A stretch of 64,000 nt of DNA from Verrucomicrobiota bacterium (lineage in GTDB: Bacteria > Verrucomicrobiota > Kiritimatiellia > CAIQIC01). Shown one piece after another: positions 43,719 through 52,728 of the stretch. The notes under the pieces are model-generated. The model worked only from the letters and a program-made list of their open reading frames with translations, was not told the DNA's origin and did no database searches. A program made the position numbers and the translations under genes. The stretch covers positions 567-64,566 of the forward strand of contig SCQF01000014.1 in assembly GCA_004321905.1 (NCBI GenBank), given 5' to 3'. Position 1 is the stretch's first letter. Every line of letters begins with the position of its first letter.

Positions 43719-45694
43719 CGCTGGGGCCGCCAGCCGAGACCGACAAACGTCGCGCCAGGGCCACTGACGCCGAGACCGAGCGGCGCGTTTTCCAGGCGCA
43801 TTTTTTCGTCACGCAAGATTTGCTCGCGATTTACCAAATATTCCACGCCGTTCGTGCCGGTACGTACACCGAGGCGATAGTCACTACCAATCCGCACCGG
43901 CGCGCCACGCGCCACGACGATGTGGAAGTCGCCGTCGCGGACGTGTGCCAGCGTCCAACCACTGGTTTCGCCAATCAAGCCGAAGAAATCGAAATTCTTT
44001 TCATCGCGGACATTGAAGACCAGCCCGGCGCGCGCCGGTTGCGTCAGCGAGGCCGCGGTCGGCGTCAGCGTCACGGCAATTTCCTGCGCCGCAACGGAAG
44101 CGCCGGCGATCGCGCACCCATTGGAAGCGCTGAAACTGATCGCGCCGGTGGATTTTCTCTCGAGTTTTCCAAGGGTTGGAAAATCGGCGGAGAATTTTTC
44201 CAAGCCTTGGAAACCGGGCGGCTCCGGCGGTGGCACGGCACGTACGAATGGTCGCTCCTCGGCTGTGATGGGTGTGAGTTGCATGTGGTCGCGTGCGAAC
44301 TTGGCGGTGGCTTGGGCCGAAAAACGGATTTCGTCGCCGAACTCGGCGACGGCCAGCAGCCGGTGCGGTCCATCGGGCAATTGGGCCGTGTTGAAAATCA
44401 GGCCGGGGCGGTTGGCATCGTGCTCAAGGCAGCGTCCGTCGAGAAAAAAGCTGTAACGCAGCACGACGTTGGTGGGCGCGCCGGTCACCGTGAGCATGGC
44501 GGCGAGTTGGTTGCTCACGCTATGGACGCCCAGCCGCGCGGTGAGCGGCGGCGCGAACGGCGCAGCCAGCGGATCGCCCACCGGCAGCAGTTGGAACGGG
44601 CAAAACGTGCTCAAGGCGAAACACTCGATCGCGGAACAACCGCGGACTTGGTGGGCAAAAAACCGCGCGTTCGGAAATTTCGTCCAGATCGAATACGGCT
44701 CGCTGACGGTGCCGGAGGTGAGCGTCGCCCCGGCGCGCGGCCAAAGCGTCAACTTGGTTTGGTCGGCGGAGTGGAAGAGCGCGCCGAAGCTGGTGAGATG
44801 ATCCGCGTAAGCGCCGGGCGCGAACGAAAAGCGCGGCGGCGCGGGCCACGCGGTGCCGCACAGCAGGCCGAGCACGGGCGTGCCCGCCATAGCCCCCGGA
44901 GCGACGGCGGGCGGCGCGTTGGTGATGATGGCGGTCATGCCGAGTGCGGCGAGTTCGGCTTGCGCGGCGGGAAATTGCCAGGCGCGCATTTTCGAGCGGA
45001 TGTCGTCGCTGGTGATGAAATAAAACGCGGCGTTTTCCCACCTTCGCTCAAGCTTCGGCGGGCAAGTCCAAGACTTGGAAAAGGGTTGCGCCGCTTTTTC
45101 CAAGCCTTGGAAAACTTCATCGAGTTCGAGGCCGCGCGCGCCGGTGTGGGCGAGCAGCATCGCCGGCAGCGGTAAAAGTTGCTGCGGTGCGGCGGCGCGA
45201 AACCAGCCGAGCGAGCGGCTGCCGGCGGTGGGGCCGTTGGCTTGAAACGGGCCGGCAAAAAATACGGAACGGAAACTACCGGTGGTGATCAAACCGGACG
45301 GCGGGACTTGGTTGCGCGTGAAGGTCAGGCCCGTGAGCGACATCGGCGGCGAAGTGGTGACGCGCACCGGGAAATCGGCGGAATAGGCGACGGCGAGGAT
45401 TCGTCCGAGCAGGCCGCGTTCCCGCAAGGCTTGATCGAGCGGCTGCCAGATGTAGCGCGTGAAGTCGGCGGGCGAAATTTCCGCGGCGGGCGCGCGGGCG
45501 GAATCCGGCACGTCGAGCGCGACGATGTTCTCCGGCGGCACGCCGCGAAGCGCCGTATAGCGGTTGGCAAGTTCGAGCGAGCGCGGCGAGTTCTGGTTGA
45601 CGAGTAGGAGTAATTCGTGCGGTGCGAGCGCGAAAGAAGACGAACAACAGAGGGCGAATAGCAGATGGCAGGCAATAAAGAGCGCACGATGCAT
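43715..45694 (-). CDS. TIGR03790-like exosortase-locus protein with extra C-terminal domains, carrying two in-frame dyad doublets
   Basis: 659 aa. Signal-like start. LLLVNQNSPRSLELANRYTALRGVPPENIV and GTVSEPY...VGDPLAAPF, as I recall for the TIGR03790 family. The doublets are translated as FQGLEKAAQPFSKSW and FQGLEKFSADFPTLGK. Confidence 0.5.
   Translation of the reverse strand: MHRALFIACHLLFALCCSSSFALAPHELLLLVNQNSPRSLELANRYTALRGVPPENIVALDVPDSARAPAAEISPADFTRYIWQPLDQALRERGLLGRILAVAYSADFPVRVTTSPPMSLTGLTFTRNQVPPSGLITTGSFRSVFFAGPFQANGPTAGSRSLGWFRAAAPQQLLPLPAMLLAHTGARGLELDEVFQGLEKAAQPFSKSWTCPPKLERRWENAAFYFITSDDIRSKMRAWQFPAAQAELAALGMTAIITNAPPAVAPGAMAGTPVLGLLCGTAWPAPPRFSFAPGAYADHLTSFGALFHSADQTKLTLWPRAGATLTSGTVSEPYSIWTKFPNARFFAHQVRGCSAIECFALSTFCPFQLLPVGDPLAAPFAPPLTARLGVHSVSNQLAAMLTVTGAPTNVVLRYSFFLDGRCLEHDANRPGLIFNTAQLPDGPHRLLAVAEFGDEIRFSAQATAKFARDHMQLTPITAEERPFVRAVPPPEPPGFQGLEKFSADFPTLGKLERKSTGAISFSASNGCAIAGASVAAQEIAVTLTPTAASLTQPARAGLVFNVRDEKNFDFFGLIGETSGWTLAHVRDGDFHIVVARGAPVRIGSDYRLGVRTGTNGVEYLVNREQILRDEKMRLENAPLGLGVSGPGATFVGLGWRPQR
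44167..44212. repeat. dyad doublet inside a coding sequence
   Basis: TTCCAAGGGTTGGAA-N16-TTCCAAGCCTTGGAA. Confidence 0.9.
45066..45112. repeat. dyad doublet inside a coding sequence
   Basis: GTCCAAGACTTGGAA-N17-TTCCAAGCCTTGGAA. Confidence 0.85.
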
Positions 45695-45712
45695 CCGATG
45701 TTCCCTGCGCGG

Positions 45713-47257
45713 CTAGTAAGCGCCCTCGGCCTTGAATACGGCCCGGAAGGTACGCACCAAAACGACGGCGTCCAGCCAAACCGACCAGTTGCGGACATAA
45801 TAAAGGTCCCAGCGTTCCAAGCCAGCGTTGCCGGCGTCGCTACGGCCGGAGACCTGCCATAGACCGGTGATGCCGGGGCGAACGCGGTGGCGAATTTCAC
45901 GGATACGTGGCGGCAGTTTTTCTTCGTGGTAGGGCGGCAACGGACGCGGGCCCACCAGCGCCATGTCGCCGGCCAATACGTTGAAGAGTTGTGGCAATTC
46001 ATCAAGCGACGTGCGGCGCAGCAGGCGACCAATCCACGTGATGCGCGGATCGTTCTTGAGCTTGCAGTGCGTTTCCCATTCGGCGCGCAGTTGGGCATCC
46101 TCAGCCAGCCGGTGGCGGAGCACGTCTTCGGCATTCCGCACCATGGAGCGCAATTTGAAGGCGCGGATGCGGCGGCCCTGATAGCCGATGCGCTCCTGGG
46201 CGTAGAACGGCGAGCCGCGATCTTCCGCCCAGACCAGAAAAGCGAGCACGGCCAGCAACGGCAGCCAAAGCGGCGCCAGCAACAGCACCAACAGCAATTC
46301 GAGCGTACGCTTGAGAATGCGATCGGTGGGCTTGAGCAGGTTGTTGGAAATTTCCAAGCCGATGACGCCGATGAATTCACGCGGGCGCACCCACAGGGAC
46401 GGCGCATCCAACAGGTCGGGGACGATGATGACGTTGCGATAGGCGGCCAACGGGCCTTCGATCAGGCGACCAATCTGCTCGCGCGGAAAGTCGGCCGCGG
46501 CCAGAATGGCGCAAGGTGCGCGGGGTGTGCTTTCCTGCATGGGGCCGAGGACGGGCAAGCCGGCGATACGTGTGCCACGTGGTGCGGCATCATTGAACAC
46601 GCCGACAGGCCGATAACCGAGACCGCTCTCTTGACGAAGCACGGTCGCCACATGTTCAAGTATGGTGCCCCAGCCGTAGAGCACCACCGGAATGCCCCAG
46701 CGATGACGACGAATCAAGGTGGCCTTGGCCACGCCACGCGCCACACCAACCAACGGCATCGTCAGCGCGCAGGTGCTCAGCATCGCAATACGGCTGGCGG
46801 CATCGGTGGTATGGGTGACGAACAATGCAAAGCTCATAAAAGCGGTGACGGCCAGCGCCAGCAACGTCATCCGCCGGATTTCTTCCACCGCGCTTACGCC
46901 CCAGCCGGGCGTCAGGCGTAGCGCAATGGCACCGAGCCACCAAGCAGGGAGGAGCAGCTCACCTATGTCGGCCATCAGGAAGGCACCGCGCAAGGCGTAG
47001 CGTATCAGGCCGCCCAGCAAGAGGGCCAGCAGGAGCGCCAGCGCTTCGGCGAACATGAGGGTTGCCGCGTTGATCGCCAGGCGCAGGTAATAAGAAAAAT
47101 CTGTCGTCGAGTGCTCCAGCTGAAAGGTGTCGAAGAAGGGGTCGTGCAACTGGGTGGCGGGCCAGCCGGGCGCGGAAACTTTGCCCGCAGGTGGCGGGCG
47201 GGCTTGGGCGCGAGCCAGCAAGGCTTGCTGGAGTGGATCTGGTTGCGCGCCACTCAT
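45713..47257 (-). CDS. polyprenyl-phosphate glycosyl-1-phosphate transferase (WbaP/EpsB-type priming sugar transferase)
   Basis: ORF trimmed to ATG 47257 (ATGA overlap with the EpsI stop). C-terminal bacterial sugar-transferase domain: PFYAQERIGYQGRRIRAFKLRSM, DELPQLFNVLAGDMALVGPRP. Confidence 0.8.
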   Translation of the reverse strand: MSGAQPDPLQQALLARAQARPPPAGKVSAPGWPATQLHDPFFDTFQLEHSTTDFSYYLRLAINAATLMFAEALALLLALLLGGLIRYALRGAFLMADIGELLLPAWWLGAIALRLTPGWGVSAVEEIRRMTLLALAVTAFMSFALFVTHTTDAASRIAMLSTCALTMPLVGVARGVAKATLIRRHRWGIPVVLYGWGTILEHVATVLRQESGLGYRPVGVFNDAAPRGTRIAGLPVLGPMQESTPRAPCAILAAADFPREQIGRLIEGPLAAYRNVIIVPDLLDAPSLWVRPREFIGVIGLEISNNLLKPTDRILKRTLELLLVLLLAPLWLPLLAVLAFLVWAEDRGSPFYAQERIGYQGRRIRAFKLRSMVRNAEDVLRHRLAEDAQLRAEWETHCKLKNDPRITWIGRLLRRTSLDELPQLFNVLAGDMALVGPRPLPPYHEEKLPPRIREIRHRVRPGITGLWQVSGRSDAGNAGLERWDLYYVRNWSVWLDAVVLVRTFRAVFKAEGAY

Positions 47258-48051
47258 GAACCTGTGCCCGCGGGTGGAGGCGCTTGCCCGTTGAGGCTCA
47301 ATTCCGGATAGAGCTGTTTGACGAATGATTTGATCTGTTCCTGAAATTGCGCCGCGGCATCGCGCCGGCCGGCAATGGCGATATAGGCCCACTTATGGGA
47401 GACGCTGTGGATAATACGATCCCAGCCCAGCCAAAACATACGTTCCCAGTGGAGCGGAGTTTCGCGGCCTTGCCCGGCGAACCAATAAGCGTAATAGCCG
47501 GGTAATTCCCGTTTGCCGGAATGTATATCCAAGGGACGGGAAGTTTCGAGCACCATCACCCCGAGCGGTTCGCGTCCGGTGAGCGGCACGTCCAGCACAT
47601 AACTCTTGTTGATGCTATTGCCCTGGCCCACCAGGCAACGTTCGGGACGGTGAATACTCTCGCGCTCCCGCCCGCTGAGCACCAGCGAGGCAAACACTTC
47701 CGCGCCCACCGCGTTCGTGTAGCGGCCTTTGAGAAATTGGGTGTCTTTGGGCAGGCCTTCGTACTCCGCCAAGCTCATCGTATGCAGTTCCGCGCCGCAG
47801 ACCGGGCATTTATCCGGCTCGGTCAGTTGATCCACGGTGAATTCCTTCAGACAGGCGGCGTTATGGCAAAACCGCAATTCGGTGCCCTGCCATGCTCCAA
47901 GTTGCGCGGGCAACACCATCCGAATACCTGCTTGATCGGCGATATTGACGTCCACGGTGAACGTCAGCGCCAAGGCCGCCAGCGCCAACAACACGATGAC
48001 CGTCAAAAAAGGTCGCACATTCACAAGGCTCGTTCCCTCGTTACTACTCAT
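47254..48051 (-). CDS. exosortase-associated EpsI-family protein with an inserted Cys4 zinc-ribbon-like segment
   Basis: 265 aa. N-terminal TM. HRPERCLVGQGNS matches the EpsI H-P-x-x-C-L-x-G-x-G signature. CHNAAC...CPVCG lies at residues 62-85. Confidence 0.6.
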   Translation of the reverse strand: MSSNEGTSLVNVRPFLTVIVLLALAALALTFTVDVNIADQAGIRMVLPAQLGAWQGTELRFCHNAACLKEFTVDQLTEPDKCPVCGAELHTMSLAEYEGLPKDTQFLKGRYTNAVGAEVFASLVLSGRERESIHRPERCLVGQGNSINKSYVLDVPLTGREPLGVMVLETSRPLDIHSGKRELPGYYAYWFAGQGRETPLHWERMFWLGWDRIIHSVSHKWAYIAIAGRRDAAAQFQEQIKSFVKQLYPELSLNGQAPPPAGTGS

Positions 48052-48172
48052 GCTTCAACGCAAAGTTCAAACGGACGACACCACACTTTTTCCTGGCGCC
48101 TTCTCCCGGCCTTCGCGTCTTTGTGTCAAATTCTGGTCCGTGCTCATCCGTAATGCGTAATTACGCCGCGCC

Positions 48173-49189
48173 TTACTCCACGGTTGGCTCCTGCGCCGTC
48201 AGCCAAGCCTTAAACCGTCGCCACAATTGGTGGTAATCGGCATTCATCAACATACCTGTGCCCACCATCAAACTGAACGCCACAATGAACATGATATAAC
48301 CCGACCAATCGTGGATTTTCATCGCCGCCTTTTCGCCGAACGCTGCTGCGGAAATGATGATGCTGAGAATGCGTGCGCTGTTGCTTGCCATGGCCAAGGG
48401 GATAAAGGTGAGAAATAGAAGCCATTTCTTGATTTGTGTTTTCTGCGTTGCATAAGCATAAACCGCTGTCAGCGCTGCCATCGCCAGTAGTGAACGTAGC
48501 CCGCTGCATGCGTCGGCCACGTCAAAACTGAAGCCGCCCAACGCGTCCGACATGATGCGTGAGCCGGCGCTATAGACGCCGATGCCCAGCGTGTTGGCCA
48601 GGTGCGTTGAGACGGACGTTACGAAAATACGCAGCGGGAACGAGAACGTGTCCAGGAACGTCAGCGGAATACAGAAAATCAAGTAGGCACACGGAAAGAT
48701 CAGTAATTTGCCCATCTGCCAGCCATAGAAATAGAGTGGCACGCCCCAGACCAATAAGATCAGCGCTAACAGCGAGAGACGCGTCTGCTGAATCTTGGCA
48801 CCCAGCCAGTGGATCGCCAGCGCGACCACGATTACCGCCAGCCCCCACTGACAAACCGCTCGCGGTGCCATTATTAGTTCGCGTCGCTTGACCCAGATTA
48901 CCCCTAAACTCACCAGCGGCATCAACCAGCCAAAAGACCAGTCGGCCCCACCATAGGAAATATTGTCATTCCAGCGCGACAGCATCCACACGAATGCCGA
49001 CCGACTATTGACGTTGTGTTCCACCGCATTGCCCAGCAGATGGAACAAGATATAGATCAAACCGATGATGACCGCCATGAAAGCCAGCTGGGTCACCACC
49101 GGACGCTCCAGCGTGGCCAAGCGCCACCGTTCACTGAAGATGCCGTGTGCCAGCGCGGGCTCCTGCTTGCTCATTGACTGCATGCCCAT
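48173..49189 (-). CDS. exosortase-family transmembrane protease
   Basis: 338 aa, polytopic. Contains ADACSGLRSL, the conserved Cys motif of exosortases. Visibly lower G+C than its neighbours. Confidence 0.7.
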   Translation of the reverse strand: MGMQSMSKQEPALAHGIFSERWRLATLERPVVTQLAFMAVIIGLIYILFHLLGNAVEHNVNSRSAFVWMLSRWNDNISYGGADWSFGWLMPLVSLGVIWVKRRELIMAPRAVCQWGLAVIVVALAIHWLGAKIQQTRLSLLALILLVWGVPLYFYGWQMGKLLIFPCAYLIFCIPLTFLDTFSFPLRIFVTSVSTHLANTLGIGVYSAGSRIMSDALGGFSFDVADACSGLRSLLAMAALTAVYAYATQKTQIKKWLLFLTFIPLAMASNSARILSIIISAAAFGEKAAMKIHDWSGYIMFIVAFSLMVGTGMLMNADYHQLWRRFKAWLTAQEPTVE

Positions 49190-49230
49190 ATCTTAACGGA
49201 ACGGCCGCCGTTCTACAAGCGTCGCTGCGG

Positions 49231-49353
49231 GCGCTGTTCAAGATGAGTCCGCGGCAACACTGCTACGGGCTGTCCGACCCGCAGTGCGAGGAACTGGAGT
49301 GCAAGTGTATCTGTTGGAATCTCAAACGGCTGGTCAACGCCGCGGCGGCGTGA
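49231..49353 (+). pseudogene. possible relic of an IS5-family (InsH-type N-terminal domain) transposase
   Basis: LRALFKMSPRQHCYGLSDPQCEELE resembles the LMFKxLxLQxxYxLSDxxxE block of IS5-family transposases. The fragment ends ...NLKRLV after only about 40 aa. No intact ORF and no inverted repeats identified. Confidence 0.25.
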
Positions 49354-49581
49354 ACAAGCAAGCCGCCGCAGCCGGTAGGCGGGCGGTTACCCGCTCTGGG
49401 CTCACCGCGTAGACCGTCCGGAGCCTTTACGCTACGGCACGGCGTGCGAGTTTCACTGCAAGCGCGCACAAAATCACCGCTTTTTCATCGCGGTATCCTG
49501 TCACCACCTTTTGCAGTGGTCTCAGGCTTGGAAAACATGCTCGCCCATAGCGACCCTAATCGCTATTCTAACGCGCGACTT

Positions 49582-50334
49582 ATGACGGAATGGATTCAAG
49601 AATCGTTATTGCTCATTCCCGCGTTCAACGAGGAAGCCTCGCTCGGGGCGTTGCTCGATGAAGTTGGCACGTTGTTTCCCGCGTTGGATGTTGCGGTGAT
49701 CAACGACTGCTCGGGTGATCGCACGGCGCACGTCGCCCGCACGCATGGCGTGGTCGTGCTGGATTTGCCCTGCAACCTTGGTGTGGGCGGCGTGATGCAG
49801 GCGGGTTTTGAATATGCCTGCGCACGCGACTACCGCTACGTCATGCGTTGCGATGGTGATGGCCAGCATCCGCCGTCAGAAATTCCCAAACTCGCCGCCG
49901 CGATGCAGGCCAACAACGCCGATGTCGTCATCGGCTCGCGTTTTCTCGGCCCGCACGCCTACACCAGCACACCTTGGCGCAACGTGGGTATCGCCGGCCT
50001 GGCCGCGCTCCTGTCGTACGCCTGCCGCCAACGCGTCACCGATCCGACCAGCGGCTTTCAGTTGATCAATCGGCCCGCCCTGCACTTTTTCGCCAAAACG
50101 TACCCGTCCGATTACCCAGAACCGGAATCGCTGGCCCTCCTGACGCGCCAAGGCTATCGCGTCTGCGAAACCGCCGTTGACTTCCGTGCGCGCCAAGGCG
50201 GCTGCTCTTCCATCGGCAAACGCGCGGCGTTATTTTATGCCATGAAAGTCACGCTGGCCTTACTGGTGGATCGCGCGCGGGCCGCTGATCCGCGCTTTAG
50301 TCGCCAAAACATGCTGGAGCAACTCGCGCCATGA
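49582..50334 (+). CDS. family 2 glycosyltransferase (polyprenol-phosphate glycosyltransferase-like)
   Basis: Start taken at ATG 49582 (MTEWIQESLLLIPAFNEE); 49537 is also possible. DCSGDRT and RCDGDGQH motifs. Confidence 0.7.
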   Translation: MTEWIQESLLLIPAFNEEASLGALLDEVGTLFPALDVAVINDCSGDRTAHVARTHGVVVLDLPCNLGVGGVMQAGFEYACARDYRYVMRCDGDGQHPPSEIPKLAAAMQANNADVVIGSRFLGPHAYTSTPWRNVGIAGLAALLSYACRQRVTDPTSGFQLINRPALHFFAKTYPSDYPEPESLALLTRQGYRVCETAVDFRARQGGCSSIGKRAALFYAMKVTLALLVDRARAADPRFSRQNMLEQLAP

Positions 50335-50933
50335 AAGCGTTGCTTGAATTATTGAGTGTGGGACTGGTCCTGATCAGCGGTTTGTTGTTCGTCGCCGGCC
50401 GCAAGCAGAACCGCTTTATCGCCAGTTGCTGGCTGCTGCTCGGTGTGGCGCTGGTGCTATTTCTCGCCGGCGTCACCTTCACCGCCCAGGATAAAATGAT
50501 GACGATGGATCTCAAGCTCCGCGCGGTCACGGGCCTTTTGAGTTTCTTCGTGTTGATCGCCACGATGGAAGCCGTCCGCCGCACCCAGATGCGTGAACGC
50601 TATGCCCTGCTCTGGCTTGGCATCGGCCTCGTCATTCTCGTCTTCGCGATCTATCCCACCGCCACCATTGCGTGGCTGCAAAAAGTCACCGGGATGCAAT
50701 ACGTCACCGCCATCGTCGTGGTCATCTTTGGTTTTTTGTTGTTGGTTACATTTCATTTTTCGGTGGAATTTTCCCGCCTGCACGATAAATTGGGCCGCCT
50801 AACGCGGCGGTGCGCGCTGCTCGAACGGCGTATCGAGGAACTGGAGCACGCCGTTCCAAGGTCTGGAAAAACCAGCGCGCACCAGTTCCACGCCTTGGAA
50901 AAATCCACCCCACCACCCTCCCGACCTGCATGA
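50331..50933 (+). CDS. small membrane protein (DUF2304-like) commonly paired with GT2
   Basis: 200 aa. ATGA overlaps at both ends. The C-terminal ~25 aa (..AVPRSGKTSAHQFHALEKS..) are encoded by a dyad doublet. Confidence 0.4.
   Translation: MKALLELLSVGLVLISGLLFVAGRKQNRFIASCWLLLGVALVLFLAGVTFTAQDKMMTMDLKLRAVTGLLSFFVLIATMEAVRRTQMRERYALLWLGIGLVILVFAIYPTATIAWLQKVTGMQYVTAIVVVIFGFLLLVTFHFSVEFSRLHDKLGRLTRRCALLERRIEELEHAVPRSGKTSAHQFHALEKSTPPPSRPA
50854..50900. repeat. dyad doublet forming the 3' end of a CDS
   Basis: TTCCAAGGTCTGGAA-N17-TTCCACGCCTTGGAA. Confidence 0.85.
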
Positions 50934-51835
50934 AAATTCTCATCACCGGCGCCAACGGCCAGTTGGGCCGCGATTGTCAGGCGGCTCTGCAGCCGAATCA
51001 TGCGGTCATTGCCACCGACTTGCCCGAATTCGATGTGACCGATGGCGGGCAGGTGCACCGTCAAATCGCAGCGCATCGGCCAGAGGTGATCCTCAACTGC
51101 GCGGCCTTTACGCGCGTGGATGATTGCGAAACGAAGAAGGACTTGGCCTTCCGCGCCAACGCCGAGGCACCAAATTTTTTGGCACAGGCGGCACGCGCAA
51201 CGAACGCGCGGCTTGTGCACCTTTCCACCGACTATGTTTTTGACGGTATGCGCACGCCGCCACAGCCCTACACAGAAGACGACGCGCCGCGGCCGGTGTC
51301 GGTTTATGGCGCATCCAAACTCGCGGGCGAAGAAGCGGTGCGCGCCAGTGGCGCGCGGTTCGCCATCGTACGCACCGCGTGGCTCTACGGACGGTACGGC
51401 GGCAATTTCCCCAAAACCATGTTGCGACTGGCACTCCAGCAGCCGGAGCGCGAGTTGCGTGTCATCAACGAACAATGGGGTTCACCGACTTGGTCGTGGC
51501 GCTTGGCGGAGCAAATCAAGGTCGTCATCGAAACCCGTGCGGAGGGCTTGTTCCACGCTACCGCCGAAGGCTGCACCACGTGGCATGGTTTTGCCACGGC
51601 TTTTCTGCAAGCCATGAACGTGCCACACCGTCTCGTGCCCTGTCGTACGGTGGATTATCCGACGCCCGCCCGTCGCCCAGGGAATTCCATCTTGGACAAT
51701 AGACAGTTGAAGGCGGCCGGCTGGAACGTGATGCGTCCGTGGGCGGCGGACGTTGCGGAATTTGTTGCGCGGTATCGCGACGAATTGCTAGAAGAAGCCC
51801 GTTCGGCATGGGCAACCGCCGTGCCACACCGATAA
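50930..51835 (+). CDS. rfbD: dTDP-4-dehydrorhamnose reductase
   Basis: ORF trimmed to ATG 50930 ([13 protein letters not shown]). STDYVFDG and YGASKLAGE motifs. Confidence 0.85.
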   Translation: MKILITGANGQLGRDCQAALQPNHAVIATDLPEFDVTDGGQVHRQIAAHRPEVILNCAAFTRVDDCETKKDLAFRANAEAPNFLAQAARATNARLVHLSTDYVFDGMRTPPQPYTEDDAPRPVSVYGASKLAGEEAVRASGARFAIVRTAWLYGRYGGNFPKTMLRLALQQPERELRVINEQWGSPTWSWRLAEQIKVVIETRAEGLFHATAEGCTTWHGFATAFLQAMNVPHRLVPCRTVDYPTPARRPGNSILDNRQLKAAGWNVMRPWAADVAEFVARYRDELLEEARSAWATAVPHR

Positions 51836-51848
51836 ACAGCGAGGAACT

Positions 51849-52715
51849 ATGAAGGGCATTGTCTTGGCGGGTGGCGCGGGCACGCGACTCTATCCCATCA
51901 CGCGTTGCCTCAGTAAACAGTTGTTGCCGGTGTATGACAAACCGATGATTTATTATCCGCTGTCGGTCCTGCTGCTGGCCGGCATTCGTGATATTCTGAT
52001 CATCTCCACACCGCACGATCTGCCGAAGTTTATCGAACTGCTGGGCGACGGCGCGCAATGGGGCGTCCGCTTTGCCTACGCGGAACAGCCCCGCCCGGAA
52101 GGGTTGGCCCAAGCCTTTGTCATTGGCCGTGAATTTATCGGACACGATTCAGTCTGTCTGATTCTGGGTGACAATATTTTCTTCGGCCATGGTCTTACGG
52201 AGGTGCTCCATCGCGCGGGACAACTGAAACATGGCGGCCTGATTTTTGGATATCCCGTACAGGATCCCGAGCGCTACGGCGTCGTGGAGTTTGATGCCGG
52301 CGGACAGGTGGTCAGCCTTGAAGAAAAACCAAAAAAACCAAAATCTCATTATGCCGTGCCCGGCCTGTATTTCTATGACCATACGGTCGTGGATGTCGCC
52401 GCCCACCTGAAGCCCTCGGCCCGCGGTGAGCTGGAAATCACCGACCTCAACCGCGTCTTCTTGGAAGCGGATCGCCTGCGTGTGGAATTGTTGAGTCGCG
52501 GCTTCGCGTGGCTGGATACCGGCACGCATGAATCTCTGCTCCAAGCTTCCAATTTTGTGCAGACAATTCAAGAGCGGCAGGGGTTACAGATCGCCTGCCT
52601 CGAGGAAATTGCATTTACGCTAGGGTATATCAATCGTGACCAATTGCGATTCGCCGTGCGCGGCTTGGAAAAAAATGCTTACGGGCGCTATCTGCTGCGA
52701 TTAGCCAAAGAATGA
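51849..52715 (+). CDS. rfbA: glucose-1-phosphate thymidylyltransferase
   Basis: 288 aa. [18 protein letters not shown]...[18 protein letters not shown]. Confidence 0.92.
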   Translation: MKGIVLAGGAGTRLYPITRCLSKQLLPVYDKPMIYYPLSVLLLAGIRDILIISTPHDLPKFIELLGDGAQWGVRFAYAEQPRPEGLAQAFVIGREFIGHDSVCLILGDNIFFGHGLTEVLHRAGQLKHGGLIFGYPVQDPERYGVVEFDAGGQVVSLEEKPKKPKSHYAVPGLYFYDHTVVDVAAHLKPSARGELEITDLNRVFLEADRLRVELLSRGFAWLDTGTHESLLQASNFVQTIQERQGLQIACLEEIAFTLGYINRDQLRFAVRGLEKNAYGRYLLRLAKE

Positions 52716-52728
52716 GCGAGGAAAAAGC

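Noticed and set aside
48155-48166. A 12-bp perfect palindrome, GCGTAATTACGC, between the exosortase stop and the EpsI start.
   Set aside because: It is a single short palindrome with no second copy in the window, which is too little evidence for an operator call.
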